From the NCBI GenBank assembly GCA_050740695.1, contig JBOIDR010000008.1, positions 4 to 64,003 of the forward strand: a DNA stretch of 64,000 nt. Reading direction: 5' to 3'. Numbering within the stretch: position 1 is the stretch's first letter; every line of letters starts with the position of its first letter. Below, in pieces: positions 10,050 through 21,068 of the stretch. This DNA is from Gammaproteobacteria bacterium. GTDB taxonomy: Bacteria > Pseudomonadota > Gammaproteobacteria > JACCXJ01. The position numbers and the translations under genes were made by a program. The notes below the pieces were generated by a model. The model saw only the letters and a program-made list of their open reading frames with translations. It had not been told where the DNA came from and searched no databases.

Positions 10050-12569
10050 TCACAGGCTGCGGGCCAGCTCGACCCGTTCGAAGACCTCGATCTGATCGCC
10101 GGCTTTGACGTCATTGTAGTCCTTGACTCCGATCCCGCATTCGGTGCCGGACTTGACCTCGGCGACATCGTCGCGGAAGCGGCGTAAGGACTCCAAGCCG
10201 CCTTCGAAGATCACGATATTGTCGCGCAGCACCCGGATGGGGCTGTTGCGGCGCACCACGCCGCTCGTCACGATGCAGCCGGCGATGGCGCCGAAGCGCG
10301 ATGAGCGGAACACGTCGCGGACCTCCGCGTTACCGATGATCGTCTCTTTGACCTCCGGCGCCAGGAGGCCGCTCATCACCGCCTTCACATCGCCGATGAC
10401 GTCGTAGATGATGCTGTAATAGCGCAGATCGATACCGGTGTCCTCGACCCGCCTGCGTGCCGAGGCGTCGGCGCGGACATTGAAGCCGATGATAGCGGCG
10501 CGCGATGTCACGGCCAGATTGACATCGGATTCGGTGATCCCACCCATGCCGCTCGCGATGATATCGACGCGCACCTCGTCGGTGGACAGGCCGGTCAGGG
10601 CATCGCAGAGCGCCTCCGCGGAACCCTGTACGTCGGCCTTGATGAGCAGGTTCACGGCGCTGGTCTTGCCCTCCTCCATCTGGGAAAGGACATTGCCGAG
10701 CTTCTGGGCCTGCTGCCGGGCCAGCTTGCCCTCGCGCTGCTTGCTGTGGCGGACCTGCGCGATGTCGCGCGCCCGGCGCTCATCGGGGGCGACCTGGGCC
10801 TCGTCACCGGCATTGGGGACATTGGACAGACCCAATACCTCGACCGGCAGCGACGGCCCGGCCTCGTCGATGAACCGCCCATTCTCGTCCAGCATCGCGC
10901 GGATGCGGCCAAACTCCTGCCCGCACAGGAGCACATCGCCTTTCCGAAGCATGCCGCTTTGGACCAGGACCGTGGCCACCGGTCCACGCCCCTTATCGAG
11001 CCGCGCCTCGATCACGGTGCCGGAGGCCGGGCCGTCCCGGACGGCGGTGAGCTCCATCACCTCGGCCTGCAACAGGATGGCCTCCAACAAGGCATCGATC
11101 CCCTCGCCGGTCTTGGCAGACACCGGGGCAAATAGGATCTCGCCGCCCCACTCCTCGGGCAGGATGCCGTGCCCCGACAACTCTTGTTTGACGCGCTCCG
11201 GATCGGCCCCCGGTTTGTCGATCTTGGTGACGGCGACCAGGATTGGGACCGCGGCGGCCTTGGCATGCTGGATGGCCTCGACCGTCTGGGTCTTGACGCC
11301 GTCGTCGGCGGCAACCACCAGGATGACGATGTCCGTCACCTTGGCGCCGCGGGCGCGCATCGCGGTGAAGGCCGCATGCCCGGGGGTATCGAGGAAGGTG
11401 ATGCTGCCTCGGTCGGTCGAGACGTGATAGGCACCGATGTGCTGCGTGATCCCGCCGGCCTCACCCGCCGCGACTCGGGTGCGCCGGATGTGATCGAGCA
11501 GGGACGTCTTACCGTGATCGACATGCCCCATGATGGTCACCACGGGCGATCGCGGATCGGCCTCTCTTTCGCCCGCGGAGGTGGTGCGGACGAGATCGGC
11601 CTCGAGCGCGTCGTCGTCCAAGAGCCTGGCCTTGTGCCCCATCTCTTCCACGACGATGGCGGCGGTGTCCTGGTCGATGATCTGGTTGATGGTCGCCATC
11701 GTCCCCACGTTCATCAGACACTTGATAACCTCGGCGGCCTTGACCGACATCCTCTGGGCCAGCTCCGCGACCGTCACGCGCTCCGGTATCGCGACCTCGC
11801 GCACGATGGGCGCGGTCGGCATCGCGAATCCATGCCGGGTCGTGATGGGCACGACCACCCGCCGCGCCAGCGGCTTTCTCTTGCGGCGCCCCGACTTGCT
11901 GGTCGCGACGTGCAACTCCTGACGGCCCGGCGCGGGTGCGCCATCTCCCTTCTGGCGCCGCGCCGGTGCTCGCTCCGGCCGCCGGACTTCGGGCGCCGCC
12001 GCCGGCTCCGGCGCTGGCGCGGGGACGACCGCGGGTGCCTCGCGTGCCTCTTTCTCCGCGGCGCGGGCGGCCTCGCGCGCCTCGGCCTCCTGGGCCTCGC
12101 GCTCGGCCGCCTCGCGCTTCTGGCGTTCCTCTTCCTGACGTAGCTCCTCCGCAAGGCGGGTCTCTGCCTGGGCGGCTTGCTCGAGGGCCAGGAGGCGTTC
12201 ACGCTCGGCCGTCTCTTCGGCGCGTTTCTGGGTCTCTCCCTCCGTCATGACGCTGCGCTTGACGTAGGTGCGGCGCTTGCGGAACTCGACGCTCACGGTC
12301 TTGGTGGTGGTGCGCGCCCCGCGGCGCTCGACCGAGAGCTTGATCTCGCTCATGGTCTTGCGCTGCAAGACGATGCGCGTCGGCTCCTTGCCTTCGGCAG
12401 CCCGCCCATGGCGCTGTCGGAGGTGCGACAGCAAGGCGCCCTTCTCGTTTTCGGTGATGGTATCGCCGGCCTGGCGGTTGGCCAGTCCCGCCTCGTCGAG
12501 TTGTGCGATCAAGCGATCCACGGTGATCCCGACCACCTGGGCGAACTGTTCGACCGTCACGTCAGCCAT
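10050..12569 (-). CDS. infB: translation initiation factor IF-2
   Basis: Start at ATG 12569 ([13 protein letters not shown]). Charged Ala/Glu/Arg-rich linker. GTPase motifs [21 protein letters not shown]-like TKID. Confidence 0.95.
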   Translation of the reverse strand: MADVTVEQFAQVVGITVDRLIAQLDEAGLANRQAGDTITENEKGALLSHLRQRHGRAAEGKEPTRIVLQRKTMSEIKLSVERRGARTTTKTVSVEFRKRRTYVKRSVMTEGETQKRAEETAERERLLALEQAAQAETRLAEELRQEEERQKREAAEREAQEAEAREAARAAEKEAREAPAVVPAPAPEPAAAPEVRRPERAPARRQKGDGAPAPGRQELHVATSKSGRRKRKPLARRVVVPITTRHGFAMPTAPIVREVAIPERVTVAELAQRMSVKAAEVIKCLMNVGTMATINQIIDQDTAAIVVEEMGHKARLLDDDALEADLVRTTSAGEREADPRSPVVTIMGHVDHGKTSLLDHIRRTRVAAGEAGGITQHIGAYHVSTDRGSITFLDTPGHAAFTAMRARGAKVTDIVILVVAADDGVKTQTVEAIQHAKAAAVPILVAVTKIDKPGADPERVKQELSGHGILPEEWGGEILFAPVSAKTGEGIDALLEAILLQAEVMELTAVRDGPASGTVIEARLDKGRGPVATVLVQSGMLRKGDVLLCGQEFGRIRAMLDENGRFIDEAGPSLPVEVLGLSNVPNAGDEAQVAPDERRARDIAQVRHSKQREGKLARQQAQKLGNVLSQMEEGKTSAVNLLIKADVQGSAEALCDALTGLSTDEVRVDIIASGMGGITESDVNLAVTSRAAIIGFNVRADASARRRVEDTGIDLRYYSIIYDVIGDVKAVMSGLLAPEVKETIIGNAEVRDVFRSSRFGAIAGCIVTSGVVRRNSPIRVLRDNIVIFEGGLESLRRFRDDVAEVKSGTECGIGVKDYNDVKAGDQIEVFERVELARSL

Positions 12570-14178
12570 CGAGCCTGTCTCCGACCGGTTGCCCCTCTGC
12601 GGCCGATGCGAACCACGGGGCACGCGCCACCATGATGAGCTCGGCGGCGCGTTCCGGGGCGATGTCCCCGACCTCGCAGAGCTCGTCTACCGATTGATCC
12701 GCCAGGTCCTCCAGGGTCAGGATGCCGTGACTGGCCAGGGTGTACGCCAGATCGGGGTCCATGCCCGCCATGGTCAGCAGATCCTCGGCGGGCTTGATGT
12801 CGCCCATGCGCTCTTCGTTGGCGATGGCGCGGGTCAACAGCCAGTCCTTCGCCCGATTGCGCAGCTCCACGATCAGATCGGGATCGAATTCCTCGATATC
12901 GTGCATCTCCTTCTCGGGCACGAAGGCCACCTCCTCGATGCTGGAAAACCCCTCCTGGGCCAGGATGTTGGCGATCTCCTCGTCGACCTCTAGGCTCTCC
13001 ATGAACATCTTCTGGATGCGCTGGATCTCGGTCTCGGTCTTCTCGGCGGCCTCCGCCTCGGTCATGACGTTCAGCTCCCAGCCGGTGAGCTGGCTCGCCA
13101 GGCGCACGTTCTGGCCGCTGCGCCCGATGGCCTGGGAGAGCTGATCCTCGACCACGGCCACGTCCATGCTGTGGGAATCTTCGTCCACCAGGATCGACAC
13201 GACGTCGGCCGGCGCCATGGCGTTGATGACGAACTGCGCGGGGTTCTCGTTCCACTGGATGATGTCCACCCGCTCGCCGCAGAGCTCGTTGGAGACGGCC
13301 TGTACCCGCGAGCCGCGCATCCCGACGCACGCGCCGACGGGATCGATGCGAGGGTCGCGGCTGCGCACGGCAATCTTGGCCCGCACCCCGGGGTCGCGTG
13401 CCGCACCGAGGACGTCGATGAGCCCTTCGCCGATCTCGGGAACCTCAAGGCGGAACAGCTCGATCAGGAGATCGCTCGCGGTCCGGCTCACGAACAACTG
13501 CGGGCCGCGCTTCTCCGGCCGCACATCGCGCAGATAGCCGCGCATCCGATCGCCGGGCCGCACGATCTCCCGCGGCAGCATCTCTTCCTTGGCGATCAAC
13601 GCCTCGGCGTTGCCGCCGAGATCCAGGATCACGTTGCCGCGCTCCACCCGCTTGACCGTGCCGGTCACGAGCTGGCCCTTGCGGTCCTGATAGGCCTCGA
13701 GCACCTGGGCGCGTTCGGCATCGCGGACCTTCTGCACGATCACCTGCTTGGCCGTCTGCGCCGCGATGCGGCCGAACTCCGAGGCCTCTATCGGCTCCTC
13801 GATGAAGTGACCGATCTCGATATCCGCTCTCTCGATACCCACTGGGGTCTCGCGCGCCTGACTCAAGAGGATCTGGCGATCGGGAACGAAGACGCCGCTC
13901 GTATCCGCGACTTCGTCCTCGAGGTCGCCGGTGTGAACCCGCGGGGGTGGGGGCGGGGCGACTCGATACTCGGCCGCGTCGTCCACCACCTGCCAGCGCC
14001 GGAAGGCCTCGTAGTCGCCGGTCGTCCGGTCGATCGCGACGCGCACGTCCACGTCCTCGCGAAAACGTCGCTTGGTGGCGCTGGCGAGCGCGGCCTCCAG
14101 GGCCTCGAAGATGATGTCCTTCGCGACACCCTTCTCGTTCGACACCACCTCTACCACGGTCAAGATCTCTTTGTTCAT
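12562..14178 (-). CDS. nusA: transcription termination/antitermination factor NusA
   Basis: Start at ATG 14178 ([18 protein letters not shown]). S1 and KH domains plus C-terminal acidic repeats. 8-nt overlap with infB and ATGA overlap with rimP. Confidence 0.95.
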   Translation of the reverse strand: MNKEILTVVEVVSNEKGVAKDIIFEALEAALASATKRRFREDVDVRVAIDRTTGDYEAFRRWQVVDDAAEYRVAPPPPPRVHTGDLEDEVADTSGVFVPDRQILLSQARETPVGIERADIEIGHFIEEPIEASEFGRIAAQTAKQVIVQKVRDAERAQVLEAYQDRKGQLVTGTVKRVERGNVILDLGGNAEALIAKEEMLPREIVRPGDRMRGYLRDVRPEKRGPQLFVSRTASDLLIELFRLEVPEIGEGLIDVLGAARDPGVRAKIAVRSRDPRIDPVGACVGMRGSRVQAVSNELCGERVDIIQWNENPAQFVINAMAPADVVSILVDEDSHSMDVAVVEDQLSQAIGRSGQNVRLASQLTGWELNVMTEAEAAEKTETEIQRIQKMFMESLEVDEEIANILAQEGFSSIEEVAFVPEKEMHDIEEFDPDLIVELRNRAKDWLLTRAIANEERMGDIKPAEDLLTMAGMDPDLAYTLASHGILTLEDLADQSVDELCEVGDIAPERAAELIMVARAPWFASAAEGQPVGDRLDG

Positions 14179-14672
14179 ACCATCCGTCCGCGCTGCCTGC
14201 CAATCGATCTCGTAAACAACGGCACCTCGGGCACCAGGCGCGCCCTGTGGATCATGACAAACGGGATCGCATAGTCGCGACCGTCCTCGGTGATGCGCAC
14301 GTCGTTTCCCTCCACGGCCGCGACGAGCCCCACGAAGCGCCGGCGGCCGGCCATCGGCTGTTTCAGCTCCATGCGTATCCTCCGGCCCCTGAACCGCGCG
14401 TAGTGCTCCAAGCGGTACAAGGGTCGGTCGAGCCCCGGCGACGATACCTCCAGGGTATAGGCGCCCCGCAGCGGATCCTCGACATCCAGGATCCCGCCGA
14501 GTTGCCGGCTCACCCGCTCGCAATCGTGCAATGTGATACCCGTCTCGCTGTCGATATAAACCCGCACCAGCGATCGCGTCTTGCCGACGATGTGCTCCAC
14601 GCCGATGAGCTCGTAACCAAGCGCCCGCACCGCGGGCTCGAACAATCGTTCCAGTGCCGCTCGTTGACCCAT
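14175..14672 (-). CDS. rimP: ribosome maturation factor RimP
   Basis: LGYELIGVE...VRVYID...[13 protein letters not shown]...[14 protein letters not shown] is the RimP signature. Lies upstream of nusA. Confidence 0.9.
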   Translation of the reverse strand: MGQRAALERLFEPAVRALGYELIGVEHIVGKTRSLVRVYIDSETGITLHDCERVSRQLGGILDVEDPLRGAYTLEVSSPGLDRPLYRLEHYARFRGRRIRMELKQPMAGRRRFVGLVAAVEGNDVRITEDGRDYAIPFVMIHRARLVPEVPLFTRSIGRQRGRMV

Positions 14673-14830
14673 TGCTCACTCTCTGTCCTACCCCGCTCCG
14701 AGCATGCCTTCCGGTTGCGCCGCTATCCGTCCCGCACCTAGACGCCCCCCGTCAACGCGAAGCGGGGCAATCTATGGCCTTACCAAGTCTATGGCCTTAT
14801 CAAAGGATATGGCCCTTCCAACCTAATCGA

Positions 14831-14858
14831 AAGCAAAAAGCCCCGACGACGGGGCTTT
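14831..14858 (-). terminator. intrinsic terminator downstream of tRNA-fMet
   Basis: Minus-strand RNA reads aaagccccg-ucgu-cggggcuuu followed by a U-rich tract (uuuuugcuuu), 9 nt after the tRNA 3-prime end. Confidence 0.7.
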
Positions 14859-14866
14859 CAACTTCC

Positions 14867-14943
14867 TGGTAGCGGGGGCAGGATTTGAACCTGCGACCTT
14901 CGGGTTATGAGCCCGACGAGCTGCCAGACTGCTCCACCCCGCA
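14867..14943 (-). tRNA. metY: tRNA-Met, initiator type (anticodon CAU)
   Basis: The reverse complement reads tGCGGGGTGGAGCAG...CTCGTCGGGCTCATAACCCGAAGGTCGCAGGTTCAAATCCTGCCCCCGCtACCA. It has three G-C pairs in the anticodon stem, a 1:72 mismatch and an encoded CCA. It sits upstream of rimP-nusA-infB, as metY does in E. coli. Confidence 0.9.
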
Positions 14944-15109
14944 ATGGTCGGATACCAATTATAGGGAAAACCGCTACCGCGTTTCAAGTCACTCGCACGC
15001 GCCACACCTCCGCAGGGCAGCGCGCCTACCGGGACGGGCGGATGGCGCGGGCGATGCCGCGCGGGCGGGGCTATACTGGGCTGGATCGACTGGATGGGAG
15101 GGTTCTGTC

Positions 15110-15904
15110 ATGTCGAATATACGCTTGGCGGCGGTGGCCGGGCATTTCTATCCGGATGACCCCGACGAACTGCGTCAGCGGGTGTGCGACTATCTGACCG
15201 CAGCCGCACCCTTGCCCGATGTACCGCTGTCCGATAGACGGCTCAGGGCCCTCATCGCGCCCCACGCCGGTTATGTCTACTCCGGGCCCGTAGCGGCCAG
15301 CGCCTACTCGTCTCTCGCCCCCGCCCGGCAGAGCGTGCGCCGGGTGGTGCTCCTGGGTCCCTCGCATCGCGTCTACCTCAAGGGCCTGGCGCGGTCCACC
15401 GCGGAGGCCTTCCGGACGCCGCTCGGGGACGTACCGCTCGATGAGGCGGCCCGGCTGTCGGCGCTCTCCGATATTAGGCCCAACGACCGGGCGCATCTCG
15501 CCGAACACAGCATCGAGGTCCATCTGCCGTTCCTGCAGGTGGTCCTGGAGCGCTTCACGATCGTGCCTCTGGTCGTGGGAGATGCCGGCCCCAAAGAGGT
15601 CGGTGAGGTCATCGAGAGGCTCTCCGGGGGCCCCGAGACGCTGGTGGTGGTCAGCTCCGATCTGAGCCATTACCTGGACTACGAGAGCGCGACCCGGTGT
15701 GACCGGGAGACGACGCTCGCCATCGAGGCCCGGCGCACCAATCTTGCGCCCGATCAGGCCTGCGGCTCGGCGCCCATCAACGGCCTCCTGCACTACGCGC
15801 GGCGCATGCGGCTCACGGTGACGACCCTGGACCTGCGCAACTCCGGCGACACCGCCGGCCCCCGGCACCAGGTCGTCGGTTATGGGGCCTATGCGATCCA
15901 TTGA
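15110..15904 (+). CDS. amrB: AmmeMemoRadiSam system protein B (Memo-like)
   Basis: Start moved to ATG 15110 (MSNIRLAAVAGHFYPDDPDEL). APHAGYVYSG, GPSH and SSDLSHY motifs of the Memo family. The longer ORF would overlap the tRNA. Confidence 0.85.
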   Translation: MSNIRLAAVAGHFYPDDPDELRQRVCDYLTAAAPLPDVPLSDRRLRALIAPHAGYVYSGPVAASAYSSLAPARQSVRRVVLLGPSHRVYLKGLARSTAEAFRTPLGDVPLDEAARLSALSDIRPNDRAHLAEHSIEVHLPFLQVVLERFTIVPLVVGDAGPKEVGEVIERLSGGPETLVVVSSDLSHYLDYESATRCDRETTLAIEARRTNLAPDQACGSAPINGLLHYARRMRLTVTTLDLRNSGDTAGPRHQVVGYGAYAIH

Positions 15905-16529
15905 AATGCGATCCACTAGAGATCACGGCACGAGACGTCACGTCACTGGACCTCATCCCATTGGGACTCGGACCATCTCCGCACCGCTGCGCCGCCGGTT
16001 GGGTGAGATCGCCTGGGCATCGATCCGTCACGGGCTCGCGCACCATCGCTCGGTGGATCTCACGGGCCGGGCGTTTCCGCCCCGCCTCTTGGCGCACCAG
16101 AGCGCCTTCGTCACCCTGCATCGCAGCGACACGCTCCGGGGTTGCGTCGGGAGCATCCAAGCCTACCGCCCGCTGGTCGAGGATGTGGCGGCCAACGCCT
16201 ATGCCGCCGCCTTCGAGGACCCGCGCTTCGAGGCCGTGCGCGCCGATGAGCTACCCGATCTCGCCGTCCACATCGCCGTCCTGTCCGCCACCACGGCCAT
16301 CGCCTTCGCGTCGGAACGGGACCTCTACGCAAAGCTCCGCCCGGGCATCGATGGCATCGTCATCGAGCAGGGCGCGCGGTGCGCGACCTTTTTACCGGCG
16401 GTCTGGGACACCCTCCCGGACCCGGCCGCGTTCCTGCACGAGCTGCGGCACAAGGCGGGCATCCCACCCGCCGACGGATGGCTGGACCTCCGGGTCTGGC
16501 GGTATACGGTAGATTCTTTCGTCGCATGA
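15882..16529 (+). CDS. amrA: AmmeMemoRadiSam system protein A (AMMECR1 domain)
   Basis: AFVTLHRSDTLRGCVGS...AAFEDPRF...GIVIEQGARCATFLPAVW is the AMMECR1 signature. Overlaps the amrB end. Start could also be 15891 or 15906. Confidence 0.85.
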   Translation: MGPMRSIEMRSTRDHGTRRHVTGPHPIGTRTISAPLRRRLGEIAWASIRHGLAHHRSVDLTGRAFPPRLLAHQSAFVTLHRSDTLRGCVGSIQAYRPLVEDVAANAYAAAFEDPRFEAVRADELPDLAVHIAVLSATTAIAFASERDLYAKLRPGIDGIVIEQGARCATFLPAVWDTLPDPAAFLHELRHKAGIPPADGWLDLRVWRYTVDSFVA

Positions 16530-16723
16530 CGCGGTCGAGGGACCTGCGTGCCCGGTCTACCGCTTCTTTTTTTCAAAGTACGGCACGCCACCCTGGTGTA
16601 GCACGGGTCAAAGTGGTCAGAGCTCTTTACGGGATATTCCTCGCCGTCTTTTCCGGCCTTCCGCGTCTGGCCTGGCCGATCTTACACCCCGCCACCGCCT
16701 CCACCCGCTCTTTGGAACGGCAC

Positions 16724-16815
16724 GTGGAGCTTGCGGACATCAAGTCCCAATACCACGCCAAACGCGCCCTCGAGATCGCCGCAGGCGGGTGGCCACAACC
16801 TCCTCACCCACGGTC
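16724..16815 (+). pseudogene. short remnant of a comM/yifB-type Mg-chelatase-like ATPase gene
   Basis: ELADIKSQYHAKRALEIAAGG, then after a frame slip GGHNLL. This matches the D-V-GQ-AKRALEIAAAGGHNLL motif that precedes the Walker A of ComM/YifB. Nothing else of the gene is present. Confidence 0.45.
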
Positions 16816-16999
16816 TGCCACGGTAAAGAAATAGCAACCTCCTTTCAGTCGGCAACGCCGGTAAATCGTCATGTTTAGCGATCAATCGGCCACCACCTTG
16901 TCGATACCTTTTCGACCAACGCCGTTGTGGTCGTTGTAGTAGAGGCGATAGCCGAACCCATCGTATCCATGCACGTCTATTGATGGGTTTCGCTCCGCT

Positions 17000-17170
17000 C
17001 TATCCATCCTACGGCTCGATGCGACATCCGCTCAGGCGTTCGAGTGAAGACGGGTTCAGGTGCGCTTTCCAATCCTCGTCCTGGTCGGGTCTGGGCATCA
17101 GGAATAAGTGGTCGAACAGGCGCACCTCGGCTTCGAGCGCGTGGGGCGCAGATACCCCGTGCCCTTGACC
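17000..17170 (-). pseudogene. remnant of the 3-prime part of a glutaminyl-tRNA synthetase gene
   Basis: VSAPHALEAEVRLFDHLFLMPRPDQDEDWKAHLNPSSLERLSGCRIEP parallels the E. coli GlnRS segment [48 protein letters not shown]. No upstream catalytic domain. Confidence 0.6.
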
Positions 17171-17944
17171 TTGCGTCCGTCCGGAGGCGACCGGGCGGCG
17201 CAAGGGGGCGGTAATGCTGACGTCGGGCCGAAGGCCGTGCGGCGCGCGCTACACTGGGGCGCTAACCTCGGATCCGCGGGTAGCTTCGCCTATGTTCGGC
17301 TCCAGTACGTCGAGGGCCTCCGCAGTGAGGTCGCCATTGCGAGCCTCTTGATAGCTACGATGTGCGGTCTGCTCGTGGTGTTCTTGCTACGCGGCCCCCG
17401 GCGCGAGAGATGCGCGCCACGCCATTCACCCTGGGCCTGTGTGGCTTCGCCGTCCTCTATTACTGGCTGTTCGATCTTTGATACAAGATGGACCAGAGAT
17501 GGGCGCGATCCTGGGTTCGTACCTCGTGCTCGGTGCGTCGGCGAGTTGGCTGATGAGCCTGGAGCGGGGTTCGATAGGCCCGTCCGCGATCGAGCGCCTT
17601 GATCGAACCCGCCACACCACCATCCTGAGCCCGATGAGCGCGACCACCGCCGCGAACCCGCGGCGCAGGGTCGCGACCGGCAGGGCGTGGACGAGGCGCG
17701 CGCCCTGGCAACCTCCTGTTCCTGCGCCATCGCGTCAGCGCGGTCCGGCGCAGCTTGCCTATCTCATTACAGGTAGCTTGAAAACGGTTCCTGCAATACT
17801 TGTATCGCCTCCATGATGAGATTACAATTTGCTGGTAGGGGCATCAATCGTAGCGCTTGTCAAACATCATGCAAGGCTCCCTCGACCTTCTATAATCAAT
17901 TGATTGACTTATACAACAGTGTTGGTGGCTAGGGTATTTGCCGT

Positions 17945-18190
17945 ATGAACCGCGATTTATCGCCTAACAGCGATACCGCGCTCGGTGCCGCCAATCCCGA
18001 TTTGCCTCCGCCGCCCGCGCGACCGGGGCCCGGGGAATGCTGTGAAGGTGGTTGCGATTTGTGTGTGTGGGTGTATTACGAACGCGCCTACGAGCGTTGG
18101 AGCCAGCAATGCGAGGACATCAAAGCACGGAAAGCCGCCGTAAATCCGTCCGACGCTTTGGCATCGAGAGATCCATTCGCAGGTACCTAA
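17945..18190 (+). CDS. small oxidoreductase-like-domain protein
   Basis: 81 aa. PGPGECCEGGCDLCVWVYY fits the P-x-P-x-x-CC-x-(S/G)GC-x-x-CVW-x-x-Y signature of the Oxidored-like domain. Confidence 0.6.
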   Translation: MNRDLSPNSDTALGAANPDLPPPPARPGPGECCEGGCDLCVWVYYERAYERWSQQCEDIKARKAAVNPSDALASRDPFAGT

Positions 18191-18458
18191 CTGAACGTCG
18201 CGGCTATGGTTGAGCCGCCGGGGAAGGGCACTCAGCGCATATCCGGGGTAAGGTATGGGCCTGAGCTTTTGCATCTCCAAGACGCACAGCTCTGCCCCCG
18301 AGGTCTTCATTGTGCCGTTACCGCAATATATCGCGACAGAATTTGCGGGTAGCGCAGTTTGCCTGTAAACTACCGGACCACGCATTCGACCCCGACAGTT
18401 GGGCGGTGTAGGGCTATGAGTGGACCTTCTGTTTTATATTTGATAGGCAAGAGAGGCA

Positions 18459-18737
18459 TTGATCTCGATGACGACCAAAGCATGGTGTACCGCGGTTCTT
18501 GTGTTGCTTGTTTCCCTCGGGCTCTGGGCATGCAGTGAGCAGGAATCCTTATGCAAGAAAGCGATGAATATGAAATCCGATGAGCTCAGGGTAACCGACA
18601 CGACTCGAAAGAAGTTTCTCGACCAATGCCGTAGCAAAGGGATGGCATATACTACCGAACAATGGAAATGCCTTATAACAAGAATGGAACAACGAGACGC
18701 TTATCAGAAGGCGATGGCGACATGTATTCCCGAGTAG
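18459..18737 (+). CDS. hypothetical secreted protein or lipoprotein
   Basis: 92 aa in a lower-GC stretch. Hydrophobic N-terminus with LGLWAC (weak lipobox), then a Cys-containing hydrophilic body. No recognisable family. Confidence 0.45.
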   Translation: MISMTTKAWCTAVLVLLVSLGLWACSEQESLCKKAMNMKSDELRVTDTTRKKFLDQCRSKGMAYTTEQWKCLITRMEQRDAYQKAMATCIPE

Positions 18738-19074
18738 TGGGCGAGGGTGGCGAGCTAGTTTCCCGCTCCGATCGTTAATCCCTTCCCCTCGCGCGTCGGC
18801 TGTGTTTCGACTGGTCGAAGTATCGTCGCAAAAGGGCGAGAAACCGCAGTCGTCGGTTGTGCCCTGCTCGACCGGAATGTACCTGGCCGCTTCGAGGATT
18901 CGGTTCCCGAATTTCCTCGGGCGTCTCGATCCTAGGTTCGATCGGCGCGACGACACCGTTCGAAAAGATCCGGGCGAGCGTGCTCGGCACTGCGCTGGCG
19001 GCGGACGTGATCGGAGGCGGGTGATGGAGCCGAGAGACGACGAGGAAAAGCTGCTGCGCTCCGTCGCCTCACAG

Positions 19075-19375
19075 GTATTCTCCTCGCGCGACAGCGTGTC
19101 GAGGAGGAGCTCGTCCGGGCAAAGGAAGCGTTGGAGCTGAAGACCCAAGAGCTCGCCCGTTCTCTCGCGATGATGCGCGCGACCCTTGAATCCAGCACCG
19201 ACGGGATTTCGAGATTCTACTCCAAATGGCCTGATCCCGGCCGCGATCCCCTCCCACCGGGTTCCACTTCCTGAGCCGACAGTTCCCTTTGGCCTGCCTC
19301 TATTGCCGCGAGCAACAGTTGCTGGTGCAACACGCGAACGGAAAGCGCATCGCAGATCTGGCTGGACTCTCGTAA
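19075..19375 (+). pseudogene. remnants of a PAS-sensor / LuxR-HTH regulator gene
   Basis: One frame gives EELVRAKEALELKTQELARSLAMMRATLESSTDGI, the coiled-coil/PAS entry typical of sensory-box proteins, then breaks off. A second frame at about 19300-19375 gives REQQLLVQHANGKRIADLAGLS-stop (GerE/LuxR-type HTH). Confidence 0.4.
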
Positions 19376-19602
19376 GAGTCTGAGCTATTCGCGAAACGCA
19401 TCGCGGCAAACCGGGCGAACATGGACAGCAGTGTCAAGGAATATGCCGGTGTCATCGAGCCTATGACCAAGTTCGATAACTGGACGTTAGAGCGCGTATT
19501 GAACGAGCCGGACCCGGAACGGAATACCGCTCCCGTAAGGCCGCTGGTGGCCGCCGACTACAACCGGTTCGTCGCGACCCGCGAGCTTCCCTTCACAAAC
19601 CC

Positions 19603-20871
19603 TCACTTGCCGAGCCGAAAGCTCGCCAAGAGGCGCTTCGGCACCGCCTCATTCTTTAGGTGCACATAGCGCGGCAGACCGTTTTCGTAGGGCGGATAGT
19701 CCTCGCCCTGGATGAGCGGCGCCAGATAGCGCCGGCAGGCGGCCGTGATCCCGTAACCGTCCTCGCTGATGTAGTCGCGCGGCATCTTCTTCTCGACATT
19801 GGCCACCTCGGAGAGTCGCGCCTCGCCGATCTCCCAGACATAGGGGCTGTCGCTCTTGCGGACGATGGTCGGCATGACGGCGTTCTTTCCCGCGACCGCG
19901 AGCTCCACCGCGGCGCGCCCGAGCGCATAGGCCTGCTCGACATCGGTCTTGGAGGCGATGTGGCGCGCGGCGCGCTGCAGATAATCGGCCACGGCCCAAT
20001 GGTATTTGTAACCCAGGGCCTCTTTGACGATGCGCGCCAGGATGGGGGCCACACCGCCCAATTGCGCATGACCGAAGGCATCGCGGGTGCCGCCCTCGGA
20101 CAGGAACTCTCCGGCGGCGTTCTTGATGCCCTCGGAGGCCACGATCACGCAATAACCCTCCCGTCCCACCGCTTCCTTGACGCGCTCCAAGAAGTGCCCC
20201 TGGTCGAAGGGGATCTCCGGAAACAGGATGAGGTGCGGGGCATCGCCGGGGTGCTCCTGCGCCAGCCCGCCGGCGGCCGCGATCCAGCCCGCGTGCCGGC
20301 CCATCACCTCCATGACGAAGACCTTGGTCGAGGTCTTAGCCATGGAGGCGACATCGAAGGCCGCCTCGCGCACCGATACCGCCACGTATTTGGCGACCGA
20401 GCCGAACCCCGGACAGGTGTCGGTGATGGCGAGGTCGTTGTCCACGGTCTTCGGGATCCCGATGCAGGTGAGGGGATAAGAGACGGACTGCGCCATCTGG
20501 GTGATCTTGTAAGAGGTATCCTGGGAGTCCCCCCCGCCGTTGTAGAAGAAATACCCGATGTCGTGCGCCCTGAACACCTCGATGAGGCGCTCGTACTCGG
20601 TGCGGTTCTGCGTGAGGCCCTTGAGCTTGTAGCGAGACGAACCGAAGGCACCGGCCGGGGTGTGGCGCAGGGCGGCGATCGCCTCGGGCGACTCCCGGCC
20701 GGTGTCGATGAGGTCCTCGGTCAATGCACCGATGATCCCATGCCGCCCGGCGTACACCGAGCCGATATCGTCCGGGTGGCTGCGGGCCGTCTCGATGAGC
20801 CCGCAGGCGGTGGCGTTGATCACCGCCGTCACACCGCCCGATTGTGCATAGAACGCGTTTCTCGTCGTCAT
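19603..20871 (-). CDS. 6-phosphofructokinase family protein (about 420-aa long type; ATP versus PPi dependence not decidable here)
   Basis: Start at ATG 20871 (MTTRNAFYAQSGGVTAVINA). GGGDS, PKTVDND and MGRHAGWIA motifs of the PFK family. Confidence 0.9.
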   Translation of the reverse strand: MTTRNAFYAQSGGVTAVINATACGLIETARSHPDDIGSVYAGRHGIIGALTEDLIDTGRESPEAIAALRHTPAGAFGSSRYKLKGLTQNRTEYERLIEVFRAHDIGYFFYNGGGDSQDTSYKITQMAQSVSYPLTCIGIPKTVDNDLAITDTCPGFGSVAKYVAVSVREAAFDVASMAKTSTKVFVMEVMGRHAGWIAAAGGLAQEHPGDAPHLILFPEIPFDQGHFLERVKEAVGREGYCVIVASEGIKNAAGEFLSEGGTRDAFGHAQLGGVAPILARIVKEALGYKYHWAVADYLQRAARHIASKTDVEQAYALGRAAVELAVAGKNAVMPTIVRKSDSPYVWEIGEARLSEVANVEKKMPRDYISEDGYGITAACRRYLAPLIQGEDYPPYENGLPRYVHLKNEAVPKRLLASFRLGK

Positions 20872-21068
20872 CGCGGGATCCTCACGGCCCGCTCCTGGTG
20901 CGGCACCGGGGTGCGATACTACCGGCTGCACGCGCCGGCGCCAAGCGCCCCTGAGCACTAAAAATGGGGGGACAGGAACTTGACATCCGGCCTCAAGTCT
21001 ACAAGCTTTTGTCGGGCACCCGCGAGGCCATCGTCCATCAGAACCAGGCGCCCATCAGAACGACACCC

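Noticed and set aside
14885-15109. N-terminal extension of the amrB ORF
   Set aside because: The extension overlaps the tRNA-fMet gene on the opposite strand and has no Memo homology. The ATG at 15110 gives the canonical family N-terminus.
18549-19409. 286-aa minus-strand ORF in the lower-GC fragment region
   Set aside because: It crosses the putative lipoprotein gene antisense and the PAS/LuxR remnants. It matches no family and its composition is that of random translation. I treat the region as decayed.
19421-19669. 82-aa plus-strand ORF (MDSSVKEYAGVIEP...)
   Set aside because: No recognisable family. Its last 67 nt overlap the convergent phosphofructokinase gene. It may be real or another remnant, and I lack the support to call it.
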